64,000 bases of DNA from a virus. Lineage: Duplodnaviria; Heunggongvirae; Uroviricota; Caudoviricetes. The stretch lies in the IMG/VR virus record IMGVR_UViG_3300009008_000002; one strand, written 5' to 3'. The notes beneath the pieces were generated by a model that saw only the letters and a list, made by a program, of their open reading frames with translations, had not been told where the DNA came from and did no database searches. This document shows positions 28,376-38,143 of the stretch, piece after piece (the stretch's first letter is position 1; each line of letters opens with the position of its first letter). The position numbers and the translations under genes were made by a program.

Positions 28376-28858
28376 TCACGAACCGCCAGGAGCGCCCCTG
28401 TTGTATTCGTGAATGTTGTCGGGAATATCAGGAGTTTGTGGAACTTGACAGCCACCACGGTGGCCACGGCAGTCGATTTCAAAACCGCCTTCTCGGTGCG
28501 TTTGACCATTTTCATCAACGGTCAGTCGGGTATTGTCGTCAGCAAAAACGACCTTCTCCACGCCCATGCCGCCCATCGTTCGGGCAATCTCTTCCTCCAT
28601 CAACTTTCGTTCCTGATCGGAACCGCTAAGTTGACCCTCCATGCCTTCCAGCATTTGCTCTGGCGTCTGCAATTCCAACGGCCCAGATGCCAAGGAATTA
28701 ATTTCATTCTCAGAACCAGGCGCAGGACCGGGTTGAGCAGCGCAAGGCTGAGTTGCGCTGGTATAGCCATTAATATTGTCGTGCTGAAGTTCAGTCCTTG
28801 GACGGTGACGCCCCAAAATTGCATCCAACTTCGCCAAGGCGGCTTTTCCATTTCTCAT
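28376..28858 (-). CDS. Hypothetical protein
   Basis: ATGA coupling to upstream gene. Confidence 0.6.
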   Translation of the reverse strand: MRNGKAALAKLDAILGRHRPRTELQHDNINGYTSATQPCAAQPGPAPGSENEINSLASGPLELQTPEQMLEGMEGQLSGSDQERKLMEEEIARTMGGMGVEKVVFADDNTRLTVDENGQTHREGGFEIDCRGHRGGCQVPQTPDIPDNIHEYNRGAPGGS

Positions 28859-30024
28859 TTTGCCTCTCCACGCATTTCTGTTGAGGAAGTTCCATCGTCC
28901 TGATACTGTTCAGGATCAACGATGCTACAAAGGTCAGACAGTAACGGATGAACCGGATTATCCACATCCACCCGATGAAACACCATAAATTTATTACCCT
29001 GCCGATGGAAAGATGCAATACACTCTTTTAATTGCGATTCATCGGCATAGTATTTGACGTTCGAGATTCGCAGGATGGTATCAAAACCCATCACAAATGT
29101 AGCCCCAGGAAACAACGCTGCCTTCTCAACAAAAAGAGGCGCGTTGGTTAGGGCAATACCACCGAACCACGGTTCATTTGTGATCTCTTTGAAGCTATCA
29201 AGTCGCCTTCGCAACGAGATAAAATCAATGGCGGGCTTATCCGCATTCTTTACTGAAATTTCAAATAAGACTGGCTTGCCGGTTTGACGGTGTGCAAGTC
29301 TTGCCATTTCAGTGTGATTTTTATGTAGCGGGCGAAAGGAACCAGGAAACACAACCGCATCAATGAATTCACCAAGCCCGATTTTAATTGACTCATTGGT
29401 TGCAACGGGAGGATCAACAGCAATATCATTGCCATTTTTCGTCAACAAACAAGCCTGTCTTCGACCGCAGACCACTTCCTGAATGGGGCCAGAGAAGGAC
29501 TCATGCGTTTCTATTAATTCCTCTCCCTGATCGGGGTGGAACATCAAAACATTCTCATGGACGCCACAGCACTTCGCCAGCGTATTTAAAATTAGGGTGG
29601 ACGCCATAGCCTCTTCGTTGCCGCGATCTCGATTGGCTTTCATATCGAGTTGCCGAAGAACGGTTTCTTTCTCCGTTTGGGCGGCTACATAAACGACGTG
29701 CCTACGACCAGCACGCTCCACTCCACCCTTTTTGACAAGACTGGCTGTAGCTCCAATGCCAACGATATTATCGGCATCCTTCGTGAACCTCTGCGCATGA
29801 TGAAATGCTGCCATTGCCATCAGTCGAGCAGTTTCACCTGAACAATACTTGTTGGGTTGACCACCGAGAAATTCATCCATCGCTACCATATCGTAGGGAA
29901 CGCGGGCCTCTAGCAGAGTGGAAGAACCACCACCCTCGCGCAGCAGCCTACCGATGGCCTCAGCGCCTCCCCCCGAAAGGGCCATAAACGTGCGATATGG
30001 GGATGACAGAATTTCGTTGATCAT
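28855..30024 (-). CDS. CinA-like domain plus cytidylyltransferase-fold (NMN adenylyltransferase-like) fusion
   Basis: SGGG..A...L...GG.S.TLLEA.VPY N-domain; FPGSFRPLHKNH (HxGH-like), NADKP, FVEKA.LFP...FVMGFDT. Confidence 0.8.
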   Translation of the reverse strand: MINEILSSPYRTFMALSGGGAEAIGRLLREGGGSSTLLEARVPYDMVAMDEFLGGQPNKYCSGETARLMAMAAFHHAQRFTKDADNIVGIGATASLVKKGGVERAGRRHVVYVAAQTEKETVLRQLDMKANRDRGNEEAMASTLILNTLAKCCGVHENVLMFHPDQGEELIETHESFSGPIQEVVCGRRQACLLTKNGNDIAVDPPVATNESIKIGLGEFIDAVVFPGSFRPLHKNHTEMARLAHRQTGKPVLFEISVKNADKPAIDFISLRRRLDSFKEITNEPWFGGIALTNAPLFVEKAALFPGATFVMGFDTILRISNVKYYADESQLKECIASFHRQGNKFMVFHRVDVDNPVHPLLSDLCSIVDPEQYQDDGTSSTEMRGEAK

Positions 30025-30112
30025 TCAGTTTGCCTTTCTTCCTTTGTGCATTCTACCATAGATTCGTCCATTGTAACCTTACGGACCCAATTTTTACTGC
30101 CTTAAAGATCGC

Positions 30113-30140
30113 CACGGGGCGACGTTACCGCCGCCCCGTG
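30113..30140 (-). terminator. Strong hairpin after NAMPT
   Basis: CACGGGGCG / CGCCCCGTG stem; weak U-tract. Confidence 0.55.
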
Positions 30141-30162
30141 ACTTTCCCAAACAAACCCTGTA

Positions 30163-31566
30163 TTAAAGGCGGATAGTGGGTTCCGCCCGTTGTCGAACGT
30201 CGGCAAAGGTGTTTTCAAAAGTGATTTCACCATCACGGAAAACTTCTACCAACTGGTCGTCGCCTTCGTGAGTGTGAGGCACTGTTCTCCAATTTTTACC
30301 GTGCGGGCTTTCTTCGCAGAGCAACTTGAACCGGCCTCGCTTCGATTTCTTTCCGTGATCCGTGATGGGATTCTTAAATACATCCCGCCACTCACCATTA
30401 ACCTGAATGGCACTACACTTGAAAGCGAACTTCAAAGTGTCACGGTTTAGCTTTTGTAACAAACCACCACCCGAACCAAAAGCGATATTGTCTGCTGACC
30501 AATTCTCTCTCTTCATGGCGTAGAGAATCTGGTCAAGCATTTCAAAGTCAATTCCGTCACCTTGGATAATACGAACATGATCATCCAAAACCTTGTAACC
30601 CTTGTCGTTTGTGGTTCCACCAAATCTATCCCACAAAATGGGCAAGATTTCGCAAATGATTTTCGGCGGATCACCAGAGTCAGGGCGAATGACCAACGTA
30701 CCATTTCGATTTAAAACTTGGTCCCGTAGAACGCCACCCCAAATATCTCGACACGCCTCGAAAATATTATAGGAGTCACTGACCACAGCAACCAATCCTT
30801 CGGGATATTGAGTCAACATGTTTTTACATGCGTCACCCTCATTGTCTTGTCCCCAAGAGGTAATCGTGCTGTGTTCGGCGGCTGGAATCGAGAATCCCGC
30901 CATAGGTTCGCCGTAGTATCTCCGAGCATACATGACACCTTCGAGAGTATCAGTGCTTTTGAAATTAACAAGATGCCCAGCGCCGCCCATACCAGCCGTT
31001 TCCACACTGCTGACGCCTCGGAACCCAAAATCCACCAATTTGAAATCTACCAAGCATGGATCACCAGTCTGTCGCAGGTATTTTAGCAACAGGTGCTTCA
31101 TTTCGCGGGACTGAGTGGCTACCGTGCAAGGATACCAAGTTTGAACCAATAGAGTTTCCAGATAATTCGGAAGCCAATAAGCCGGTGTGGGCATATTGCC
31201 ATCGGTATTCATCACCGTCATCATGGCATTGTGCTGAGGAACAACCGTTCCTTCCGGTGGTGTCATGATGGACAGAGGCAACCGACCACCATGTTGATTT
31301 AAAATATATTCCCAACCAGCGCGGTTGAACATGGTTTCGTCACCAAAGTGGGCAAAACAAACCTCTGCGGCTTCTTCAATTTTATCTCTTGTGACAACTT
31401 GACCCGTAAGATACTTCTTCAGCAAAACTTGTAGACCGAAGAAAACAACATCATGGAACCTACCACCACGAGATTCAAAGTAAGAATAGACCGTCTGCGA
31501 ACCGGGTGGATACTGACGGTAATGAGAAACCTTGTAACTATCGGTTCTGAGAAGTATGTTGTCCAA
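30163..31566 (-). CDS. nadV: Nicotinamide phosphoribosyltransferase (NAMPT)
   Basis: TDSYKVSH, DFGFRG, SIPAAEHS, VVSDSY, IRPDSG, IQGDG, FGSGGGLLQ; TTG 31566 preferred to track start 31635. Confidence 0.95.
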   Translation of the reverse strand: MDNILLRTDSYKVSHYRQYPPGSQTVYSYFESRGGRFHDVVFFGLQVLLKKYLTGQVVTRDKIEEAAEVCFAHFGDETMFNRAGWEYILNQHGGRLPLSIMTPPEGTVVPQHNAMMTVMNTDGNMPTPAYWLPNYLETLLVQTWYPCTVATQSREMKHLLLKYLRQTGDPCLVDFKLVDFGFRGVSSVETAGMGGAGHLVNFKSTDTLEGVMYARRYYGEPMAGFSIPAAEHSTITSWGQDNEGDACKNMLTQYPEGLVAVVSDSYNIFEACRDIWGGVLRDQVLNRNGTLVIRPDSGDPPKIICEILPILWDRFGGTTNDKGYKVLDDHVRIIQGDGIDFEMLDQILYAMKRENWSADNIAFGSGGGLLQKLNRDTLKFAFKCSAIQVNGEWRDVFKNPITDHGKKSKRGRFKLLCEESPHGKNWRTVPHTHEGDDQLVEVFRDGEITFENTFADVRQRAEPTIRL

Positions 31567-32191
31567 TTTTTTTCTCCCTGCATGATTCCATAAAACACTC
31601 GAATTTAACAATAAATTCTTCGTGAGACAAATCAAACTTCATTAAATTGATCCAAATATGCACCCATTGAAGATTACTAATCTCGTTCTCGCCTCCCTTG
31701 CATCTGGGTTTTATGTGATCAATTGAAGCGTTTTTCCCAAGAATCAACTTGATTCCAGTATAAGGGCAACTACAATTTTGAGACTCAAATTTCTGTTGAA
31801 GTAAAAACCACTTACTTGAGTCCCCTAACCATTTATTGGCCAACTTCTTAAACCAGCATGTTTCACACAAATGATTATCAGTAGCCTTGTTTTTTCCACA
31901 CGATTCACACAATCCTTTGGACTTTAGAGAACGCCTCCTCTTTTTAACATAATTGTTTTGTTTTTTCCGACAACTCTCACACCTAATGTTGTTCTTGATA
32001 GAATTGCCACACCCTTTTGTTGAACACACATTTTGAGCTTTGGTTTTTTCCCGTCTCTTGGCATCATTTAATTTCGCTCTATCTTTACACGATTGACACC
32101 TTTGAATGCCTGTTAGATGGGGTAAGCGACCGCATTCACAACACAGTCCCTTGTTCAAACGTTGTTCTCTTGTCTTGTTGTTGCTTCCCAT
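31538..32191 (-). mobile_element. Free-standing HNH homing endonuclease with Zn-finger repeats
   Basis: CPYTG...SIDHIKP..KGG.NE.SNLQWVH..IN.MK; multiple CxxC; AT-richer; overlaps nadV start. Confidence 0.8.
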
Positions 32192-32219
32192 AAATACCTC
32201 CATTGGTATCTATGGGACT

Positions 32220-32250
32220 ACATGACTTTTTTGGTGAAAAAAAGTCATGT
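32220..32250. terminator. Hairpin between J-domain and HNH genes
   Basis: ACATGACTTTTTT-GGTG-AAAAAAAGTCATGT. Confidence 0.6.
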
Positions 32251-32254
32251 AATT

Positions 32255-32581
32255 TCACTCTTTCACGCCATACCTATCCTCTAGGATTTCGTAAGCCGCA
32301 ATCGCCTCTTTTGCCTCTGCCAGAGCCTCTTCATTATCGGGGTTAAGGTCTGGATGCAATTTGAGAATGATTTTGCGGAATGCGTTTGAAATTTCGGCCC
32401 AAGTGGGATTTCTGATCTGAATTCCGATGACTTTCAATGGATCACGCGCACCGAGCAATCGACGTGCTTTTTCGAGTCCCATTCGCTCGAAAAAGGTATC
32501 GCGCCATTCGGTGGGATGACCATACCCCTCTTCTTCGGGGTCATAGGTTTCGTAACCTTCTAGGAATTCGTTTTTAGCCAT
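32255..32581 (-). CDS. J-domain (DnaJ-like) protein
   Basis: EISNAFRK..LKLHPD.NP...AYEIL with HPD motif. Confidence 0.85.
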   Translation of the reverse strand: MAKNEFLEGYETYDPEEEGYGHPTEWRDTFFERMGLEKARRLLGARDPLKVIGIQIRNPTWAEISNAFRKIILKLHPDLNPDNEEALAEAKEAIAAYEILEDRYGVKE

Positions 32582-32616
32582 TTTTGTAGTCCTCTGGGGT
32601 TTGTTTCAACTCCCAA

Positions 32617-34299
32617 CTACAATTTTGGCAGAAACACATGACTGGAATACAACCTAGCGGCCATGAACCTATACCCTTCATCCCACCACGTCTCCCTCGT
32701 TCGGGGGACGTGGAATGTTTCATACCCACGATGCAAGAGGCGATATTGTAACACATCCCTCTCCATTTCGTGTAGCCAAATAGAACGAGATAATTTATTG
32801 CCAACTCGTAGGTATGGTTTCAACAACCTCTCGGCCATCATTGACATTGTTTCCGGGTCGCCTTCCCAAACGCCATTAAATAAAACGTGAGTATTGGGAC
32901 TCTCGCCGGTTTTGGCCTCCAAATCAGGAAAATCGTGAATGGCAAGACCAGTTTCTTCATCCCCATCCAACCAGTATTCAACTACATCGCCTAGTTTCGA
33001 CTTAATTAGATTCCTTACACCAGCACGATCCCAAGTTGATCTTTGAATCTCAGGTCGAACAAACACAGCACGGTCTATATCAGAATTAAGGCCATATCCC
33101 TTCAATGTGGAGCCATACACGATACTAACTGGGTAAATAACCTCTAACAATTCAGGGTCTTTTAATATCTCCATCACAGAATTGCGGTTATCCTCAAATG
33201 GCGATAGATTGCCATAAAAAGGACCGGCAAGATTGGGATAAAAGATATTTAATTCTTCTCGTTTTTCGGTGAGATTGATTCCGATGCTATGCCAACGGCA
33301 AAACGCCTTAACAACGTGATCTCGCACTCTTTCATCTTGAGCAAACTCTGTTAATATTGGCTCAAACACCTGATACAACTCAATAATGGCTTTTTCTTTT
33401 TCCCCTTGTAGCCACGCCATTTCAACTGCTGATCTGATTCCAACAATGATACAACTGGTTGATTCGACCGTTGTTCCCATCCCTTTTAAATCTTGGCCAT
33501 GCAAAAACGCCTTCCCAACAGCACAACCAATGTTCTCAATGGTTTTCCTTCGCTTCTCCCAACGTAACCACTTCAGTCTTTTTTCGCTTACGCCAAGACA
33601 GCATGTGTTGTCTTCTTCTAGTTGGCGAGTTACAAAGTTGTGGAAATCATTCAGTGGGATTCTCATATCCACCACAGGATTCGGGTGTGGATAAGGCGCA
33701 GTTGAATTCCGTATTGATTCCTTTTGAAAATCATCCAAACTCTCGCCAGAGATTAACCCCTTTTCTAATAAAATAGGGGCGAGAAACCCAGCTTGACACA
33801 CTCTGTCTTCCACCCATTGATTGTCTTCAATGTCTGGGAGATCACCATCTATAAAATCAGCACGAATGTCATTTACTGTGAGAAGCCTGTGCCAACTTTC
33901 AAGATATAATTCAGAGAAGGTGTCAACCGCATCATCATATCGCCTATACCAATCGCCCCTCGGAATTAAACTCAATGGGCAATAAAGAAGGAACCGATCA
34001 TCTTCGCCTGAACTAAGCAACTCGTTCAGAGAATAATATAATTCCACAGGCGGCATTTTACCAGTCCACAATCTCTCTCTGTAGAGATTCCACTGGTAAT
34101 CAAGTTTAGCACGCAATTCTCGCCGTGCATCCACTTGCTTCGGATTGACTGCAAGCGCAGACCAAACCCCGGTTGAATCGTCGTTCAAAAGTGATTCAAC
34201 CGGGGCTGGTTGGCTGACGAATCTACTCGTCTTCATCATTGATGGATACAATCCCTTGAGTAGTGCGGTTGACTGCCCTACCAAATGGCGCGGCTGCAA
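32617..34299 (-). CDS. Pol-beta superfamily nucleotidyltransferase with large N-terminal domain (start uncertain)
   Basis: IVYGSTLKGYGLNSDIDRAVFV (GS...DxD). Confidence 0.7.
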   Translation of the reverse strand: MQPRHLVGQSTALLKGLYPSMMKTSRFVSQPAPVESLLNDDSTGVWSALAVNPKQVDARRELRAKLDYQWNLYRERLWTGKMPPVELYYSLNELLSSGEDDRFLLYCPLSLIPRGDWYRRYDDAVDTFSELYLESWHRLLTVNDIRADFIDGDLPDIEDNQWVEDRVCQAGFLAPILLEKGLISGESLDDFQKESIRNSTAPYPHPNPVVDMRIPLNDFHNFVTRQLEEDNTCCLGVSEKRLKWLRWEKRRKTIENIGCAVGKAFLHGQDLKGMGTTVESTSCIIVGIRSAVEMAWLQGEKEKAIIELYQVFEPILTEFAQDERVRDHVVKAFCRWHSIGINLTEKREELNIFYPNLAGPFYGNLSPFEDNRNSVMEILKDPELLEVIYPVSIVYGSTLKGYGLNSDIDRAVFVRPEIQRSTWDRAGVRNLIKSKLGDVVEYWLDGDEETGLAIHDFPDLEAKTGESPNTHVLFNGVWEGDPETMSMMAERLLKPYLRVGNKLSRSIWLHEMERDVLQYRLLHRGYETFHVPRTRETWWDEGYRFMAARLYSSHVFLPKL

Positions 34300-35582
34300 A
34301 GCCTCGCGCTCGCCGGAAGACCAGAATTGGGGTTGAACGGGTCTTCACCGATACCCTTGGGGCGTCGGCCTCGACCGGGAGTGATACGCTTGCCTTCCAA
34401 CTCATTCCACGGAATCTGCGAACCGAGCATGAACAAGCCACCGAAGTATTGCAACTCTTCGTTGCCACCAGCAACCCGGTCACACTGCATGATACCGAGA
34501 GTGAACCGCGTGAGGTTCTGTTCCATTCGCGGATACGTCGGCGGAACATCGACCTTCAGCTTCTTCAGCAACAGGTCACGACTCGGCATACCACACAGCA
34601 TCGGCAGACGCGGATTTGCGAGCATCTTTTTAATCTCGTTGGCCTCATAAGCGAGAGCCGCCGTGATTTGAACGCCCGTGCCTCGGAACGTCTTGTTGAT
34701 GCAATCGTTGACGGTCAAAGCAGCGTCACGCAACACGCCGCAATCCGGTGGCTGCATCATGCCAGGAGGCATCGGGGCACCACCACCGCCACCAACCAAG
34801 GAAGCCATCGCTCCCATCATCATGGCCGGATTCATGCCGCCTTGTAGCCACGCTTCCTGCCAAGCCTGAAGCTGGTCATTAAAACTGATGATGGATGGCC
34901 ACATGGCCTCATCAATTCGTGCCAGGAGCGTCTTTTTGCGACCTTCGGTGACGTAAGAAGCGTTCAGGCCCTTGATGGCCGCAAACAAGTCACCGTAAGA
35001 TTTCTTCGTCAATTGGTCACGAATCTGCCAGAATTCTTCCGTAACCTGCTCTTCGGTCACGTCGATGAATTCTTCCATTTCCGCAAGCAGGCGCTTGGAA
35101 ATGTCATACAGACCGAAGCGATCCGCAAGAGCCGCACGAATAGCCGAAATCACGGTGTCTTGACCCAACTTGAGAACGCCACCACTTCGCAGCGAATTCA
35201 ACCACGAATCATCATCGGGGCAAGTTGGCAAGACGGAATCATACGCAGCCGTAGCATCGCCATTAGAGACGGGCGCGGGTGCAACTGGTGCGGGAGTCAG
35301 ACCAGCAATGACCTTGCGAGCCTTCAAGACAGGCACGCCAACGGTGGTCAAATCGCCTTCCTGCAAACCGCTCAAATCATCAACGGTTTCGGCACCAAGG
35401 CCCTTGATTTTGCCAACCGTGTCGGCGTCAGTAATACCAAATTCAGCCAGCCTTGCAGCAATGGCATCAACAGGAGCCGCGACGGCTTCCACAGGTGTCG
35501 TCGGAGGAGTGTCGGGAGTGCCAGCAGGTGTGCCAGCAGTAACCGGAGCAGCAGCCTCTTCTGGTTTTTCAGGTGTCGTCAT
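34278..35582 (-). CDS. Hypothetical protein with SAM-like N-terminal domain
   Basis: P/A/T linker; LAEFGI...LGAETVDDL..L...DL..VGVP...ARKV; M/G/P-rich insert. Confidence 0.7.
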   Translation of the reverse strand: MTTPEKPEEAAAPVTAGTPAGTPDTPPTTPVEAVAAPVDAIAARLAEFGITDADTVGKIKGLGAETVDDLSGLQEGDLTTVGVPVLKARKVIAGLTPAPVAPAPVSNGDATAAYDSVLPTCPDDDSWLNSLRSGGVLKLGQDTVISAIRAALADRFGLYDISKRLLAEMEEFIDVTEEQVTEEFWQIRDQLTKKSYGDLFAAIKGLNASYVTEGRKKTLLARIDEAMWPSIISFNDQLQAWQEAWLQGGMNPAMMMGAMASLVGGGGGAPMPPGMMQPPDCGVLRDAALTVNDCINKTFRGTGVQITAALAYEANEIKKMLANPRLPMLCGMPSRDLLLKKLKVDVPPTYPRMEQNLTRFTLGIMQCDRVAGGNEELQYFGGLFMLGSQIPWNELEGKRITPGRGRRPKGIGEDPFNPNSGLPASARLCSRAIW

Positions 35583-36949
35583 TTTGTAGGTTCTCCTAAA
35601 CAGAGTTTGTCTTGTTTGGACGGGCCAAACGAAACTAGACCAACGGGAATCCCCAATTTTTCACGTAGTTCGTGATCACACAAGCGATACTTTTCTTCCC
35701 TCGATTCTGGGACGGGAATCGAAGTAATTTCCGGTTTACAATTAAACAATGCGTCACACACTGTTTCACTTAAACCATCATCATCGCCATCGAATATTTT
35801 AATACGACCATCAGCAATATACCTTTGATCGTAGTGACTATACCTGTTGCAAACACGCCAGTCGCCATTAATTTGGTCAAACCAAGTTATGGCTAACCAA
35901 TCAGTGTCAACACCACAAACTTCAACGGCGTATTTTAACAACATCAAATCAAGCGGACCAACTCTTACCTTGCCCTGATACCGATTCTCTTCCTTGTGGC
36001 TACCGGGCAGCAAATCCTCATTCATTGTCGGATCAGCAGTTGGCATCGGTCCAGCACCATGCCTAATTGTATAAGCACGATGCACGCCAACATTGACTAC
36101 TTCCTCATCGTATCCCTCCAACACCAGCATGTCTCTTGTGAAGGAAGGTAAAGTGCGAATAGCGCTAACATGTGGCTTGAAACCGCAGTGGTTGTCCGTC
36201 AGAATACCATGCGAACTTTCTACGACAGCCACACCATCTTTGCTAAACACTTCGTTTCGCATGTAGTCTTGACCTACAATTTTAGCAAGCCGACCAGCTT
36301 CACGGAAGCGGTCTACATTAAAATCAAGGAAATCATCATCCTTGAGCAATGTTGCTTCCCGATCAAAAATTTCGTGGTCGTCAGGATGAATCCATGCACA
36401 CCTATAACCAGCACCAAGGATTGTTTTTAATTTGGCTATTTGGAGATCACGAATCTGTGACAATTTACCACGCAAATCATCAACTAAATCGCCAACACGA
36501 ATAATTAATTCTGGGTTGGCTTCCGAATCTCGAAAAGCCTCACCAACTCCCGTGCCGATTGTGCCACGGGGACTTGGACCTCTGGCGATTTCTTTGAGGC
36601 GGGATGTAATACCATGATATTCTGTAGAACAAATTGCTCGTTCGTCAATGGTCAACAAATCAAAAGCATTCGTTACACCACAATACCGCAGCCCATCAGC
36701 CTCATTTAACAAACCTTCAGGGCTAACAACCATTCGAGGCGTAATATGCGTTCTCACACCTTCAAATGTTCCGCAACCCCACTGGCTAAATGCAAAACTC
36801 CATCGTTTCGTGCGAACACCGTGGCTTCCCTGAGCGCCACCTATTTTGATAATTGTATGCGCTTGATCCGCAAGCGCATGAACTACGCCGCCTTTGCCAC
36901 CGTCGCCGGGGCCTAAATCAAACACAAGGTAAATCTTTTTTGTAGGCAA
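35579..36949 (-). CDS. purA: Divergent adenylosuccinate synthetase-like protein
   Basis: DLGPGDGGKG, GGAQGSH, GTIGTGVG, RAYTIRHGAGPMPT, RVGPLD; aspartate loop non-canonical. Confidence 0.8.
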   Translation of the reverse strand: MPTKKIYLVFDLGPGDGGKGGVVHALADQAHTIIKIGGAQGSHGVRTKRWSFAFSQWGCGTFEGVRTHITPRMVVSPEGLLNEADGLRYCGVTNAFDLLTIDERAICSTEYHGITSRLKEIARGPSPRGTIGTGVGEAFRDSEANPELIIRVGDLVDDLRGKLSQIRDLQIAKLKTILGAGYRCAWIHPDDHEIFDREATLLKDDDFLDFNVDRFREAGRLAKIVGQDYMRNEVFSKDGVAVVESSHGILTDNHCGFKPHVSAIRTLPSFTRDMLVLEGYDEEVVNVGVHRAYTIRHGAGPMPTADPTMNEDLLPGSHKEENRYQGKVRVGPLDLMLLKYAVEVCGVDTDWLAITWFDQINGDWRVCNRYSHYDQRYIADGRIKIFDGDDDGLSETVCDALFNCKPEITSIPVPESREEKYRLCDHELREKLGIPVGLVSFGPSKQDKLCLGEPTK

Positions 36950-36970
36950 CGCTCAGGTTCTCCCTCTATT

Positions 36971-38128
36971 TTAAAGCCACTGGTCGTCGTCGGTCGTTTC
37001 GGTCAAATCATCGCCATCTTCCGTTTCAACCGCTTCCGCAGCCGATTCGATTGGCCAAATGTGATTGTCTTCCCAAACATCCGGCTTACCATCGAACAAA
37101 TCGCCCTTCTGGGGGCGACGACCGTAATCCGGCAACTGCTGTTGGGCACCAACCGGGACATTGACAACCGACTCTACAATTTTGTCAATCCACTGTGGCT
37201 TGATCGTCTCATTGCCTGTCTTGAGACCTTCCAAAAAGCCGGGAACATCATTCAACACCAATGTTCCCTCAGTCAAGCCGATAATGACAGCTTGGACTTG
37301 CGGCATAAACCGCATCTGAGGCAACGAAATCAGACGATCCTCGCCAGCAACGTCGAGCCAGAATGCCTTGGCTTCTGGGCAATCGCCAACCTGTAACACA
37401 AAGGCGTGAGCGCGGTCAAGCAAGGCTTCCCAAACATCGCTGGTTTGATGTTGACCCTTGCGGATTCGGTGGCCATTCTCAGCAACCTTGTCCCACGCTT
37501 CCTCACCGAAAACTCGCACGACATGAGCGGGATCAATCATGCCACGACCAGGAGCATCCGTAGCGATGAAATGGTAGCCTTTCAAGCCGATGCGATTAAT
37601 ATAGTGCCTACACAAATAGGCACCAGCGAACAAGCTGTAGTCGGGGTCTTCCGCATGGTCCTGCCCACCACCTTCAGGCACCATCAAGGTCAATTGCTTG
37701 ACGATTTTATCCGCTTCCATCTCAAATTGTGGGCGACACAAAATGAATCGGTCTTTAAAATCTCCGAAGATGCCAGTCGCGATCTGAACATCATATCCAT
37801 CCGTAACCTTCTGGATAGACTCGAAAGCGTTCGGCATGACCTTCATGGCAACGTCCACATTGTCACCCATGCTGCCAGTGGTATCGACGCAGGTTTCGAC
37901 GGGGAGAGGACAGCCCACAAGCATTTCCCACAACTCTTCGGGAGTTTTCTCCACACGGGGCAATGAGAGGCGAATCACTCCAAAGCCAGCCGGGTCCACA
38001 AGCGCCTCCAGCTTGCCAGTTGCCATTGCTTGGCGTTCAGCAGCAGCAGTCACGCGGCGTCCAGATGATACACCCTCAGTGGACTTGGCGGAAGTAAAAG
38101 CCGCTCTTGTAAATGTTCGTTTTCCCAT
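36971..38128 (-). CDS. vWA-domain protein
   Basis: MIDAS DTTGSMG; GGGQDHAE; FIATDAP. Confidence 0.8.
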   Translation of the reverse strand: MGKRTFTRAAFTSAKSTEGVSSGRRVTAAAERQAMATGKLEALVDPAGFGVIRLSLPRVEKTPEELWEMLVGCPLPVETCVDTTGSMGDNVDVAMKVMPNAFESIQKVTDGYDVQIATGIFGDFKDRFILCRPQFEMEADKIVKQLTLMVPEGGGQDHAEDPDYSLFAGAYLCRHYINRIGLKGYHFIATDAPGRGMIDPAHVVRVFGEEAWDKVAENGHRIRKGQHQTSDVWEALLDRAHAFVLQVGDCPEAKAFWLDVAGEDRLISLPQMRFMPQVQAVIIGLTEGTLVLNDVPGFLEGLKTGNETIKPQWIDKIVESVVNVPVGAQQQLPDYGRRPQKGDLFDGKPDVWEDNHIWPIESAAEAVETEDGDDLTETTDDDQWL

Positions 38129-38143
38129 AACAACACACTCCTC

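Noticed and set aside
32574-32804. 76-aa ORF overlapping the NTase 3' end
   Set aside because: It lies mostly within the NTase gene in another frame, with no RBS
35579-36949. PurZ (diaminopurine DNA) assignment
   Set aside because: The catalytic Asp is retained (GDGGKG) rather than Ser, and no DatZ or MazZ partner is recognisable nearby
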